The notes under the pieces: model-generated
Database searches by the model: none
Told to the model about the DNA's origin: nothing
What the model saw: the letters and a program-made list of their open reading frames with translations, nothing else
Made by a program: the position numbers and the translations under genes
Part shown: positions 1-12,577 of the stretch, piece after piece
Layout: each line of letters starts with the position of its first letter
Position numbering within the stretch: position 1 is the stretch's first letter
Assembly: GCF_004010195.1 (NCBI RefSeq)
Contig: NC_057737.1
Coordinates: 24,279,707-24,343,706, forward strand
Reading direction: 5' to 3'
DNA length: 64,000 nucleotides
Source: Chiloscyllium plagiosum
Taxonomy: Eukaryota

Positions 1-1261
1 GAAGAGATGTGACCAAAAGCTTAAAGAGATGGGCTACAATAGGACTTGAAGGAGCTAGGAAAAGCAAATAGCTTAATATCGGAAATTCCAGAGTGCAACA
101 GCAGGTTGGCAAAAGCTGCCTTTGCTGCAGCTAAAATTGAAGGAAGCGTGAGGTTGAAGGGAATTGTAGAATTGGAAACATTTACAGAAATCAAGATGCA
201 CAAGGGATCAAGTGGAAGCAAAGTGAATTTTAAATTGGATACATTAATGGACATACATTAAACTAAGTTGAATTTCAATAAGGTCCCATAAGAGATTAGC
301 ATGTAAAGTTAAATCACATAGAATTGGAGGTAGTGTACTTTCACGGTTAGAAAAGTGGTTGGCAGGCAGTAACAAAGAATGGGGAAAAACATGATTTTTT
401 TCAAGTGGCAGGCAATGACTAGTGAGCTACCACAAAGATCTGTGCTCCGACCCCAACTATTCACAATACATATGGATGATTTAGACGTGGGAACTAAAAA
501 CAATATCTCCAGTTTTGTTCTGGACACAAAGCTGAACTGGAGAAATATGAGGAGGATGCACAGGTGCTTCAATGTGATTTGGACAAGTTGAGTGAATGGG
601 CAAGTGTCTAGCAGATGAAGTATAACTTGGATAAATGTAAGATTATTAAGTTAGGTAGCAAAACTAGGAAGGCAGATTGTCATCTGAGTGACAATAAATA
701 GCAAAAAAGGAAGGTGCAATGAGATCTGTATGCCCTTGTAGACTAGTCAATGAAGGTAAGCATGCAGTGAAGAAGGCAAATAGTATATTGGGCTTCATAG
801 CGAGAACATTCGAATACTGGAGCTGGGATGTCTTGCTGCAATTAGGGCCTTGGTAAGACCACACCTGGAGTATTGTGTATAGTTTTGGTCTCTTTATCTG
901 AGGAGGGATGTTTTGTCTGTTTAGGTTTAACCAGACTGATTCCTGTGATGACAGGACTGAGATACGAAGAGAGATTGGATCAGTTAGGACTATAATCACT
1001 GGACTTTAGAAGAATGAAGATGATTCTCGCAGAAACCCATAAAATTCTAATAGGACTGGACAGGATACACTCAAGAAGAATGTGCCCAATGACCAGAGAT
1101 TATAGAACGAGGGGTCACAGTCTAAGGATATGGGTTCGGGTATTTTGTACTGAGAAAGGGAGAAATTTCTTCACCCAGAGATTGTGAGTCTGTGGAATTC
1201 TCTGGCACATAATTAAAAATCACACAATATCAGGTTATAGTCCAACAGGTTTATTTGGAAG

Positions 1262-1296
1262 CACTAGCTTTCGGAGTGCTACTCCTTCATTAGGTG
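1262..1296 (-). ncRNA. Degenerate minimal hammerhead ribozyme (family A)
   Basis: Minus strand reads CAC-CTAATGA-A-GGAGT-AGC-ACTCC-GAAA-GCTA-GTG; core G5 is mutated to A. Confidence 0.55.
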
Positions 1297-1477
1297 GTTG
1301 TGGAATATAAAATCGTAGGACACAAAATTTATAGCAAATGTTTACGGTATGATCTAACTCAAATTATATATTGAAAAAGACCTGGATTGTTTGTTAAGTC
1401 TCCCATCTTTTAGAATGGGCATGTTGGTTTCAGTTCTTTCATATGTAAATCCCAGAACTTTCTTAAAGTTACATTCT

Positions 1478-1712
1478 AAATTGAATTGAATTAAATTTAT
1501 TGTCACATGTATCAAGGCACAGTGAAAAGCTTTGTCTTGCAAGCAGTACAGGCAGATCACATAGTTAAGTAGCATAGATAGTAAATAAGGTAAACAGCGA
1601 CAAAAACAAAAACACAGGTACAGGCGAATGTTAAGAGTTTGTGAGTCCATTCAGTGTTCTAACAACAGTAGGGTAGAAACTGTTATGAAACCGGTTGGTG
1701 TGTGTGTTCAGG
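1478..1712 (-). mobile_element. 3' end of a Rex1/Babar-like LINE nested in the PLE
   Basis: (AATTC)n-like tail; the reverse complement resembles the 3' end of the LINE at 21830-22095. Confidence 0.55.
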
Positions 1713-1919
1713 CATAAGTGAACTTTAACAACAGGTACTATGTTGGCCCAGATAATGCATTGAAGGTGTGAGGTGCCCTGTGTGAGGCTGTCTGTGCCTC
1801 AATGTTCAGACTGATTCTAATCTAAAGAAGGGATTTACAGAATCTTACATGGATTCATGAAGTTTTTGAACAAAATACAATGTAATTCTGCAAGTACAAA
1901 TTTACTTCACAAACTTATA

Positions 1920-2146
1920 TATGTGTGTGTGTGTGTAGGGGGGTATGAGTGTCTGTTAGGGAGTGTGTGTATGTGTGTGAGTGTGAGTGTAAAGGGGTAT
2001 AAGTCTGTGAGAGGGTGCGTGTGTATGTGTGAGTGTGGGAGTGTATGTGTGAGCGTATGAGAGAGAGCTTGTGTATGAGAGAGGGTCTGTGTGAGTGTGT
2101 GGGTCTGCAGGTTTGTGTGTGTGTATGTGTCTATGTGTGTGTGTGT
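1920..2146. repeat. Imperfect (TG)n/(GA)n microsatellite inside the PLE
   Basis: Directly visible. Confidence 0.9.
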
Positions 2147-3169
2147 AGTGCATTGGAGTCACCTGTAGTATAACATGAACCCAAGGTCCCGGTTAAGGCC
2201 ATCCCCTTGGGTAGCGAACTCGGCTATCAGCCTCTGCTTGGCCACTTTGTATTGTTGTCTGTCCCAAAGTCCGCCTTGGAGGATGGTCACCCAAAGGTCT
2301 GAGGTCAACTGACCTGGAACACTGAAGTGTTGTCCAACTGGGAGGGAACACTCCGGTCTGTTGATTGTTGTGCAGTGTCCATTCATCCATTGCCACAGCC
2401 TCTGCTCAGTCTCACCAATGTACTACGCCTCCGGGCATCCTTGCCTGCAGTGTATGAGATAGACAACGTTGACCAAGTCACACGATACCTGCCATGTGCA
2501 TGATGGGAGGTGTCCTCACGTGTAATGGTGTAAACTCTGCCACATAAAACAGTTGAGGCCAAAATATTGAATAATTTCAAGAAGGAGTTAAATTTAATTC
2601 GAAGGGCTAAATGGATCAGAAGGTATGGAGAGAAAACAGGAAGAGGGCACTAAGTTGGATAATCAGCTATGATCATATTGAAGAGCCAAGCAGGTTTAGA
2701 GGCAACTGGCCAAATCCTGCACCTATTTTCTTTGTTTCTGTAGATAGCTGTAGGACAGCTGAGGAAAAACAGCAATCTAGGTTTTTTTTTAATGTTGACG
2801 TTCAGCTTTTATTTGCCAAATAAAGTCCTCTGATATGGCTGAAGATGTTGGTTTCAGTTTCATTTCCAGTGAAATGAAAAGCAAAGACAGGTGCTCGGAG
2901 CTGATCAGAGTTTGTCAGAGGCTAAACAGTATTTCCTTTAAATGTTTGAGTCAATCTTGTAGACCTCTCGCAGCTATGGGATAGGTCACAGGTTAATTGT
3001 GCTGACTATTTGAAAAGTCATAGCAAACTCCTCAGATTGTTGAGGAATATGTCCAGATGATAACTGCAGTATTTAGCTTCTGTGACTGTTTCCAGTTAAA
3101 TGCTTTGAGTTGAAATCAAGGTTAAGTAATGATAAAGTGTGGGGAATGATTTTGATTTGAACTGGAGTT

Positions 3170-3437
3170 ATAGAATTCTTACAGTATGGAAGCAGGCCAT
3201 TCAGCCCATCGACTCCACACTGACCCTCCAAACAGCATCCCACCCAGATCCATCCCCTACCCTATCCCTGCATTTCCATAGCTAATCCACTTTTCCTGCA
3301 CATCTTCAGACTTTAGGAGGAAACCAGAGCACCTGGAGGAAGCAAACTCCACACAGACAGATGCCCAAGGTTTGAATTAAATGCAGGTCCCTGGCACTGT
3401 GACACAGCACTGCTAATCACTGAGCTACTGTGCCACT
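3170..3437 (-). mobile_element. HE1-type tRNA-derived SINE (degraded)
   Basis: The reverse complement matches the copy at 60886-61207. Confidence 0.8.
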
Positions 3438-4072
3438 AATAGGATGAGACAATGTAGAACATGCAGATTCATAATAGCTAGAGTAAATAAAGCTTCAAAA
3501 GATGGCTATTTGCAACAAACACTTCAGCATCTTATTAGTCTGAATCAGCTGTTCCCATAGACCCCACAATGTATAGCATACCTACCTCTGAGCCAGCAGC
3601 TCAGGATTAAAGTACCAGGACTTGATGACCAAGTAAGAATAAGAATATGGCCAAATAGGTTAAATCTTAAGTTGTAAATCCTTACAACATACACCAATGA
3701 CAGATGATAAGAGTGTGATGGAAAGAAATGGGATCCTTAGCAACCATTACTCCAGGCAACAACAGCGATGTAAAACTTCATGTTGCCTTGGCAACTAGCA
3801 CTCCGTAAAGGCTTGACTGGCTGGTCTGGATCAGATTTATGCCATTGCTACGGTGCATTCTGGACCTGCTGCCTTGCTCCACTCAGGGTGGAGATTGCAA
3901 TGCTGTGGACTGGAACTCCCCTCTTGCAGACAACTCAAGAAGAAGATCAACATCTGTTTAATTCCTGTGATTGTGAATAAATGCCCACTTATGAATATCT
4001 ATACCGTAACAGATGGCTTAAAGCCTGCCTCTGCTATTTCGAAGGGATCTATAAAAATACATATGGATAACC

Positions 4073-4391
4073 TTGATTTTGTTCCCATATGTAAGCTCAC
4101 ATCAAAATTACATGTTCACAAGGTAGCACTGAAAATGACTTAAAAGAACAGACAGTGGGATAGATAACATGCTTTAACAAGTGCAGAAAGAAATTTTGCC
4201 TTTAAAAAATAGCATTCTCATTTTCCAAAATAGGTGTCATTAAAAATGTTTTAAAATATAGGTAAGTTAATTAAGAAACATGTTTATAGAGAGTAATCTA
4301 GTATCTTTATCAAAACTTATAACTTTCAGTTCTGCTATTTTAACTTTGTTTTTAGTAATCTCATATAACACAGACATGATAAAATTAAGGA
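4073..4391 (+). repeat. 319-bp direct repeat, copy 1
   Basis: Nearly identical (4 substitutions counted) to 5702-6020. Confidence 0.95.
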
Positions 4392-5145
4392 ATTTACATT
4401 AAAATTATGGACTGCACTCACATAAATACGTATAAACATTTTATCAATATTTCCTAAACTATTGCTGAACATAAACTAAGCTGTTTGGGATGCCTGCTGT
4501 TACTTGACAACACGATTCACATTGTCAGAAGAAACAGATATGCTGCAAGTTTATTAAAAATTAAATTCACAAATTTATTGAAACATTCATGAGAATGCAG
4601 TGTATGAAATGGGAACTCCTGTGAAGCATTGCTTTAACATTTAAATGATAGTTCTTTGGTGCAAATCCAAAAAGAAGTACCAGCTGATCTCCTGTTGCAT
4701 TGCTTATGGTGTGTCTAGATGTCTGTAGCACATTTGTAATGTTTAACTGCTCATGGGGCCAACTCTCCCTTCTCATTTGTAGTGCTACTCAGAACAGGAG
4801 TGATTTCTTCACATGCTGTAGTTTCTGTCTTCTATCCTCTGTCCTTCAAACAATAGCAATTGTCACAAGCCTTCAGTTCAACAGACATATTGTCACAAAA
4901 CATTTGAGACATAGATTGTTGAAGTCCCTTTTAAAGCTTACACAGAGCTTCCACCAAACAAATCTTCCACAAATGCTCTCCTGAGCAGTATTATTTTTCC
5001 TATGTGTATCATTTGATAGCAGCAGCAGAGAAAACTAATCACAGTTTACTGAGAATCCCATTGAATATCTTATAACTATCCAAGTAAGAGTGTCACTATT
5101 AACAACTGGAAACATTGATACATGTGAGACCTTAGTCATTGCTGA

Positions 5146-5436
5146 ATGGGGAATAGTTGCTCATGCACTCATACCACTGTAACTCAAATTCACTTCTTGC
5201 AAGGTGATGGCTCTCCACTCCCTGAAGGAGTATGTAAAGATCAGATGGAGCTGGAAGTGAAAACTGAAAACTACAATGAAGCAGAAGAAGTAACAGGAAA
5301 TTATGAAAAGTGGAATATACTTACTGGAGAGGTCAAGGCTCTACTAGATATTTGTCCAAGAGAGAGGAGTATGGAGCAACTACTGAATCAAGTGAATGAA
5401 ACATTTAGAACTGACGACAGCCTAGTCATGGCATCG
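5146..5436 (+). CDS. Probable first coding exon of the calpain (97 aa, MGNSCSC...LVMAS)
   Basis: ATG-initiated, acidic, non-repeat ORF ending at the phase-0 donor TCG|gtaatc, phase-compatible with downstream exons. It has no calpain homology, so linkage is inferred. Confidence 0.55.
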
Positions 5437-5701
5437 GTAATCAGATTTATGTATTATATATTACATATTCCCAACACCAAGAAGTGCAGATTTGTTGCTT
5501 CTGTCAATTTACTTGTAATGTGTCCAGAAGATTAAATGAAATATTATTAGATGCTAATTATTTTAATTAGATTGTATGCTTTCAATGAGAAATGTTTTAT
5601 TTGTAAAATGCTTCATTCTGTTGTTTGCCATCAAAAAATATGCTGTACCTTCCAAATTTGTCAATATTCACTAAAACTGCAATGAAATTGGACAATAATA
5701 T

Positions 5702-6020
5702 TTGATTTTGTTCCCATATGTAAGCTCACATCAAAATTACATGTTCACAAGGTAGCACTGAAAATGACTTAAAAGAACAGACAGTGGGATAGATAACATG
5801 CTTTAACAAGTGCAGAAAGAAATTTTGCCTTTAAAAAATAGCATTCTCATTTTCCAAAATAGGTATCATTAAAAATGTTTTAAAATATAGGTAAGTTAAT
5901 TAAGAAACATGTTTATAGAGAGTAATCTGGTATCTTTATCAAAACTTTTAACTTTCAGTTCTGCTATTTTAACTTTGTTTTTAGTAATCGCATATAACAC
6001 AGACATGATAAAATTAAGGA
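5702..6020 (+). repeat. 319-bp direct repeat, copy 2
   Basis: Copy of 4073-4391. Confidence 0.95.
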
Positions 6021-7155
6021 TCCCATCTTGTATCCCCAGCATGTATTTGACACACCGAACATCACATTCTTTATCATATCTCTGGCATATATAATGTACG
6101 AAATGTTTTTCAAACTTAAGGAAATTGTGATGGAGAATGTGCTACTTTCTCAGTTGATATTTTGGAATTTCAAAGACTTATCATGGAGTATTTTTATGCC
6201 CTTAATTAGAACATATAATTTAGCAAGCATTTATCTGATCTTTCAGGCACTACTTTATCTGTACACCCGTATTTGCATCTTAAAGCACAGAAAGCAGTTG
6301 GTTGTTGCAAATTAACCATTTCCATTTTGCAATTTCTTTACCTTGTGAAAATGCTGCATCACAATGCTTTTCTGTAAGATCAAAAGAGATTTTTATTTTT
6401 TGTTGGCAGTTTAATGGATTGGATTGGATGAAAATGTTGCAAATGAGTAAAAGAAGGCAATGCTGTTTTAGCACAAAAATAAGATATTAATGGCCATTTT
6501 AGGCTCTGCAAATGAAATAGTTTGTGTGTATTAGTGGAGAAACTGTTCCATTTTATAAGTTAATCTTTCAAATCAGAAGTTATTCACACATAACTGAATC
6601 ATAATCAGAATTCATATGGACCAATATTTCAGCTTAATATATATATCTAAGAGATTTTTCTCTCTGCAGCGCAAAGTTCAATTTAACAACTGGACCACCT
6701 ATTTCGATATCTTAATTTGAAATTGCCACTGGCAAATATAGACATTACACTGCAGTATTATTCTATTACTAGTGCAAAATAATCTTGTGGTGAATTCACA
6801 TGTTGAATGTCACTGTGAAGTGGTCTTAGATTTATATGATGAATGTGTATTTTGGAGGTTATGATCAAACTGATTCTGAACTCAAGAAATATTTACCATA
6901 TACGCTGACTTTACAATTAAAGAAGCATGTACTCTAAAAATGCTGTTTGCCTCTGTATTGAAGCTTAAAACAGATAAACGCATTTCAATGTGCAAACATC
7001 CTTGATCAGTTAAAGTTCAAATGATTTGATAGCACTTCCTACTAAATAATTAGACATTGTGTTTTTATTTAACATAATAATAGTGCATTGTATTTTTTTT
7101 GTTTGAAACACATGGTAGAAATATTATTCTGTTAAACTGAAACATTCCTTTACAG

Positions 7156-7215
7156 ATCCAAAAGCACCCCTTGTACAGTACTCACTCCAGAGAATACTCT
7201 GTTTGCAACATCTCG
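7156..7215 (+). CDS. Possible 60-nt calpain exon (IQKHPLYSTHSREYSVCNIS)
   Basis: Acceptor ttcctttacag and donor TCG|gtgggt; open reading, phase 0/0. Confidence 0.45.
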
Positions 7216-7538
7216 GTGGGTTTATTTAACTTTGACTTCAACTCCCAGTCCAGAACACCTGATAGCCTTTTTCCTGGATCTTCACATATTTAAGATTAAA
7301 CGAACTGGAATTCAAATAATCTATTTAGACTTTTATTCAAACATTTCTGGTCTGAAATTATTACTTATCACCTTGCACTTGTTTTATTTTATTATCTTCT
7401 TTCTTTCTCAGGAGCACAGTTTTGTACATTCGTCTTCATCCAATAGCCTCTGCAGAACTGCCACAAAATAGAAATTAAAAAAAAAACTTTTTTTCCAAGC
7501 TCTGGGTGTTTCATAAATTCTGTGGCACTGCTGCTTCA

Positions 7539-7563
7539 TCTCTCTCTCTCTCTCTCTCTCTCT
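7539..7563. repeat. (TC)n microsatellite
   Basis: Directly visible. Confidence 0.9.
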
Positions 7564-8444
7564 GGCCAGTACGATACAAGTTCTGCTAATTTTATATATA
7601 AAGTTGATGCATTTTACTTAATCTTTCAGATCTTAAAAGCAACATATTGATAATACAGAATAGAATCGGCTATATATGTGCATTGGAGACAACATTTGTC
7701 AACTATGAGAAAAGAAAATTATACTGATTGCAACTAGTGGTCACATAATGCTGGTTGTTATTTAAAGACAGACAGAATTAGTTTACATGATTGTACTAAG
7801 AATTGTGATAGGCGAGAAATTGGTTTTGGTGACATTAAGGAATGCATTTGGGTTTTATATTCTTGGGATAAGGGTATTACTGGCCAAATCAGCATTTGTT
7901 GCCCATTCCTAATTACCCATGAAGAAAGAAGTGGTGGTGACTCTTCTTGACCAATGCAGTCTGTATAGTGTGAAGGAATTCCCAGCATTTGACTCAAGGA
8001 CAATGAAGGAACAATGAGATGTTGTGTGACTTGGAGGATTATCTTCAGCTGGTGGTGTTCCCATGTGGCTGCTGTCCTTTTCTTCCAGATGGTAAAGAAT
8101 ACCAGTCCTTTAAAATAAATGGGTGATAGATGGAGAAACAAAAACAGAAAATGCTGGAAATGCTCAGAAAGCCAGGTAGCATCTGGAGTGAGTACTGTGA
8201 CAAAACAAATAGATTTACAAATTGAGCTCAACAAGAATTTTTTTTTTTTGCTTTTATTTCATCATCCACAGTTTTTTACATTTATAATGGTTGAGGGACT
8301 ATTGTTTGAATGAGTTAGGTATTGTGTCATTAACATTACCAGCAGCAATTTCTAGTTTACAATATTTGTAAGATACATTTTATTTTTAACAGCTATCAAT
8401 AAATTATTCAATTATAAGCACAAGACAATTTTTTTAAAATTCAG

Positions 8445-8576
8445 AACTATCATAGCATTATAGAAGAGCTTCAGCTGACTGGTGAACTCTGGGAGGATCC
8501 TGAATTTCTCCCTAAACCTTCATCACTGACCTATGAGGATGTGCCACCAGAAGGAATCAAATGGATCCGTACCTTG
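8445..8576 (+). CDS. Calpain exon, start of the CysPc domain (NYHSIIEELQLTGELWEDPEFLPKPSSL...KWIRTL)
   Basis: Matches the calpain LFEDPxFP...WxRP motif; acceptor ttcag, donor TTG|gtaact. Confidence 0.88.
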
Positions 8577-9551
8577 GTAACTATATGATGCTTTCATATC
8601 AATTAGCCACTGTTAGTTGCAAATAACAAGTGTAATATTAGAAATTTGTAGCTTCTTCTCCAAGATAAAACAGCTGAGAACATTTGAATTTTCTGCAATG
8701 TGAAACGTGGACTATTTTGAGGTGATGAGTAGATAGAAATTTGTTTTGAACAACGGTGTAAAATATGAATGGTCACAAAGCCTCCCAATATATATCAACC
8801 CCAGGCCAACATATTGGGTGTGAGGATGGAGCAAAAACAGGCGGCCTGTATGATACTGTCTGTTTAGCATAATTCCCAATGACTAAATTCTACATTATTA
8901 TTTCTTACAAATAGTTTAAGGCATTCTGTCCCTTACAGAATTAGCAATGGAAAACAAGTGGCTCATCATAGCAAGAAACACTTGATATAGTTTTATTTTA
9001 GTTTTATCAAACTGGTAGGCAGAAAGCAACAGAAAGCAACATAACTGAATAAGATTAAAAACTGAAACTGCTTCAGTATCACAATCAGCCAGGGCAGAAA
9101 AGAAAGCAGATGGATTGACCTTTTTACCTGTTAATGAGAGTACAATTCAAGAAAAATTTCTTTGGACCAAGATTCATTCAAAATGTAATGCTATCAGCTT
9201 AATATCTGAATGTCAGCTCATTTCATTAAATTCTCAACCTATCAGCTTGTTTCTTTCCAAAGTGAAGTATCTTGAGGATTTTCATTAAATTAAGGATGCT
9301 ATATAATTTGGAGAAACACTTAACAACAAAAAGGTTATAGGATATATGGGGAAAGAGCAAGGATATGGGATTAATTAGGTAGCTTGATCAAACAGCTGGG
9401 GCAGGTTCACTGGGCCAACTAGCCTCTTTTTCTGCTACATTGCTATATGATTTGAAGCAATACAAGTTGTTAATTATTCATTCCTTATGATTGAAATGGT
9501 GAACTGAGAGGTGTGCCATATTATTTAAATTAGTTATTTCTCTGTTACTAG

Positions 9552-9696
9552 GAGCTGCACGAAAATGCCTTCTTTATGACAGATGGAGTTAGCAAAAGTG
9601 ACATTATACAGGGGGAGTTGGGAGACTGCTGGTTCTGGGCCTCCGTGGCTACAATAGCTAATTGCAAAAGGCTGATAGAATGGGTTATTCCAGCAG
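9552..9696 (+). CDS. Calpain exon with the catalytic Cys (DIIQGELGDCWFWAS)
   Basis: QGxLGDCW motif, Cys codon at 9627-9629; acceptor tag, donor G|gtgaga; phase 0/1. Confidence 0.96.
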
Positions 9697-9946
9697 GTGA
9701 GAATTCATATGTTTAAAATTTAGATTTAGAGTTAATAATAATTTTTATGTTTTGTGATCACATTTTAAACAAAAGATCAAAAAAGAGCTAGAAATTTAAG
9801 CTTTATAGAAATATAATGTCTACTGTATTACGAATGTATTACGAATGTAATGTATTACGAATAATTTGACCTGACCAAGAACTGACCAATGGCCATTGAT
9901 TCTTGTTTGAAATGGGACTCCTGACTTTTGAAAAGTGATGCCTAGT

Positions 9947-10175
9947 TTTAGATTCTCTCACAAGTGGAAACGACTCTTCACGTATACCCTGCCAAGACCC
10001 CTCAGGATCATATATGTTTCAATCAAGTCATCTCTTATTCTTCGAAAGTTAAATGGATACAAGCCTAGCCAATCCAACCATTCTTTATAAGACAATCCAT
10101 GCATTTCAGGTATTGGTCTAGTAAACCTTCCCTTAAGTACTTCTAACACATTTATATCTTTCCTTAAATAATGAG
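9947..10175 (-). mobile_element. CR1-type LINE RT C-terminal fragment
   Basis: RFTRPIPEMHGLSYKEWLDWLGLY...RRIRDDLIETY is typical of the CR1 ORF2 end. Confidence 0.75.
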
Positions 10176-11440
10176 ATCATTACTGTCTGCAATAGAGTTT
10201 GGAGGGCACATTCCAACAATTCTAACTGTGTTATTGGTGAAAATCTACAAAACAATGGCTTTGGTTATGGCACTAAGTCCAGTTTGTTTTAAAGACTGGA
10301 TCACCAGTTACCAAATATTAGGATTGGGATGCAGCTGGAGGCTTTTAGCTAATCCTCTGAATTGAATAAGCTTCACAGCACAATCAGTCTCATAATTTAG
10401 TTTATGATATCTCCTAAGTCAGGTTACAGATTTGTTGCTCATCTTAAAATTATTATTGGGACATGTTTACCAACATACATTCAGTCGTGAATCATCTGAC
10501 ACTCGTACTATCTTTAGCTTTGGATTATTTTAATGTAGATATTTAACTATTATTTTTAAGTGATTTAATACTTGTTTAAAAATAGCACAAAAGGGATTTA
10601 ATAGTGGTGCAGTTAGAGCTAAAATTCTGGTTTTCTTAGTGAGTGTGTTTTCCTTTAGTGGGCCAATAATTATGGCTATCCCTAATTGTCCTTGATTGAA
10701 CATCTCCTTAAACCACTGCAGTCCATACATCTGCAAAATGGCAGCAGAAAGTTTTGGAGGGAAGTCTAACATCTTCTGATAGCCATGAAACTTTTCTGAA
10801 GTAACCTCGTTTTTTTCTCATGGGTTCCGAATAATTGAGGCATTCCCTCTCTAGAACTGCAGCCTCTGTTAAACTGGTCCACCAGATTTTGGTGGCTATT
10901 GTCAGTTAATTGGTCGATGCTGGTAATATATAACAGGTTTCTCCCTTTCAGCCCTGGTGAACAGGACTTACCAGCAATAGGCAATTTGGTAACATAGGAA
11001 GGTCTACTTGCATTGGAAAAGGTTATTTGACTGACTGAATTCCACACACACACCCTCCCTCCACACCCCCTCTGTTCCCGCCCAGGCCTCCAATGTAATA
11101 ATCATCTCATTGACCCAACATGGTGTCACTTCAACATTGCAGCAGATCACCTCCATCTATGGATGTATTTTACTATAATTCGCACTGTACTCAGCATGTG
11201 ATAGCACATTTCTACATCTTCTTTCAAGTCTTCATCCACAGTTTACTTATTGAAGACGTGATTCATTATTATTGCATTTTTGGTTCTGTTGCAAGGGCTT
11301 TTGCATATCTTCCTCTCTTCCTGTTAATTGTCTTCTTTTTCTTTTTTTCCTGAAGTGATGGTTACATGAAGGGATACAATTTCACAAAGTTAAAAATCAC
11401 ACAACACCAGGTTATAGTCCAACAAGTTTAATTGGAGGAA

Positions 11441-11475
11441 CACTAGCTTTCGGACCGTCGCTCCTTCATCAGGTG
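11441..11475 (-). ncRNA. Minimal hammerhead ribozyme (family A), core intact
   Basis: Minus strand reads CAC-CTGATGA-A-GGAGC-GAC-GGTCC-GAAA-GCTA-GTG; stem I CAC/GTG, palindromic AGCT stem III, one stem II mismatch. Confidence 0.75.
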
Positions 11476-11700
11476 GTTGTGGAGGGCTCAATCCTAACAC
11501 ACAGAATTTATAGCAAAAGTTTACAGTGTGATGTAACTGAAATTATACATTGAAAAACTGATTGTCTGTTAAGCCTTTCATCTGTTAGAGTACCATGATA
11601 GTTTCACTTCTTTCATGTGTAAATCACAAAACCTTTTTTTAAAAAGTTGCATTCTCAGGTTAGCTGTTAACAATGGTGATAGCTAGACAATATGTTGAAG

Positions 11701-12028
11701 ACAAGGGAGTCGCGGAGGGAGTGGTCTCTACGGAAAGCAGTCGCGGAGGGAGTGGTCTCTACGGAAAGCGTCGCGGAGGGAGTGGTCTCTACGGAAAGCT
11801 TCGCGGAGGGAGTGGTCTCTACGGCTTTCCGTAGAGACCACTCCCTCCGCGACGCTTTCCGTAGAGACCACTCCCTCCGCGACGCTTTCCGTAGAGACCA
11901 CTCCCTCCGCGACGCTTTCCGTAGAGACCACTCCCTCCGCGACGCTTTGCTGCCTGACCTGCTGTGCTGTTCCAGCAATAAAGTTTCAACTTTGATCTCC
12001 AGCATCTGCAGACCTCACTTTCTCCTCG
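11701..12028. mobile_element. Nested PLE-derived insertion: 4+4 fold-back 30-bp tandem array plus a family-B 3' terminus
   Basis: 12-bp TSD aatatgttgaag at 11689-11700 and 12029-12040; the unit gctttccgtagagaccactccctccgcgac encodes AFRRDHSLRD. Confidence 0.9.
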
Positions 12029-12577
12029 AATATGTTGAAGGTGTTAGCCCCCTGTGTTCTCTGTCTATGCCATGTCGTTTAGATTGATTCTAATCTAAAA
12101 AGTGAGATAACGGAGTTTTACATGAATTCATGCAGTTTTTGAGCTCAGAGTTCTACATGAATGCATGCAGTTTTTGAGCAAAGTACAATGTAACCCTGCA
12201 AGTACAAATTTATAACTATAACCTGGTGTTGTGTGATTTTTAACTGTGGATAAATATGGACTGAGATATGGCAGAGCAGTTTATAAGTACTCTGCTGCTA
12301 CTCTAGCTGGTCCCAATTCGAAATCTCCTGTTCAGAGCAATGGGCTAACACCTACAACATATTGTCTAGCTATCACCATTGTTAACAGATAACCTGAGAA
12401 TGCAACGTTTTAAAAAAAAGGTTTTGTGATTTACACATGAAAGAAGTGAAACCGTCATGGTATTCTAACAGATGAAAGGCTTAACAGACAATCAATTTTT
12501 CAATGTATAATTTCAGTTACATCACACTGTAAATTTTTCCTATAAATTCTGTGTGTTAGGATTGAGCCCTCCACTAC

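Larger units (their letters stand above)
1213..2534 (-). mobile_element. 5'-truncated Penelope-like element (GIY-YIG endonuclease end plus pseudo-LTR)
   Basis: Frameshifted GIY-YIG C-terminus (MNGHCTTINRPECSLPVGQHFS...GLNRDLGF, 2159-2520); hammerhead-like motif at 1262-1296; 13-bp TSD ctctg(g/c)cacataa at 1200-1212 and 2535-2547. Confidence 0.85.
280..2745 (+). mobile_element. Degraded CR1-type LINE, 3' RT region and 3' end, interrupted by a PLE at 1213-2534
   Basis: Remnant PQRSVLRPQLFTIHMDDLD...FVLDTKL (ORF 379-591) resembles the CR1 RT motifs PQGSVLGP and FADDTKL; the sequence resumes after the target-site duplication at 2535. Confidence 0.8.

Noticed and set aside
1857-2162. His/Thr-rich and Val/Cys-rich ORFs
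   Set aside because: Translations of the (TG)n microsatellite.
4073-6020. LTR retroelement
   Set aside because: No TG...CA termini, primer-binding site, polypurine tract or TSD was recognised, and the interior is not gag/pol-like.
11709-11948. CRISPR-like array or repeat-protein ORFs (11667-12087)
   Set aside because: The units are contiguous with no spacers, there are no cas genes and the context is vertebrate; the ORFs arise from a stop-free 30-bp unit.
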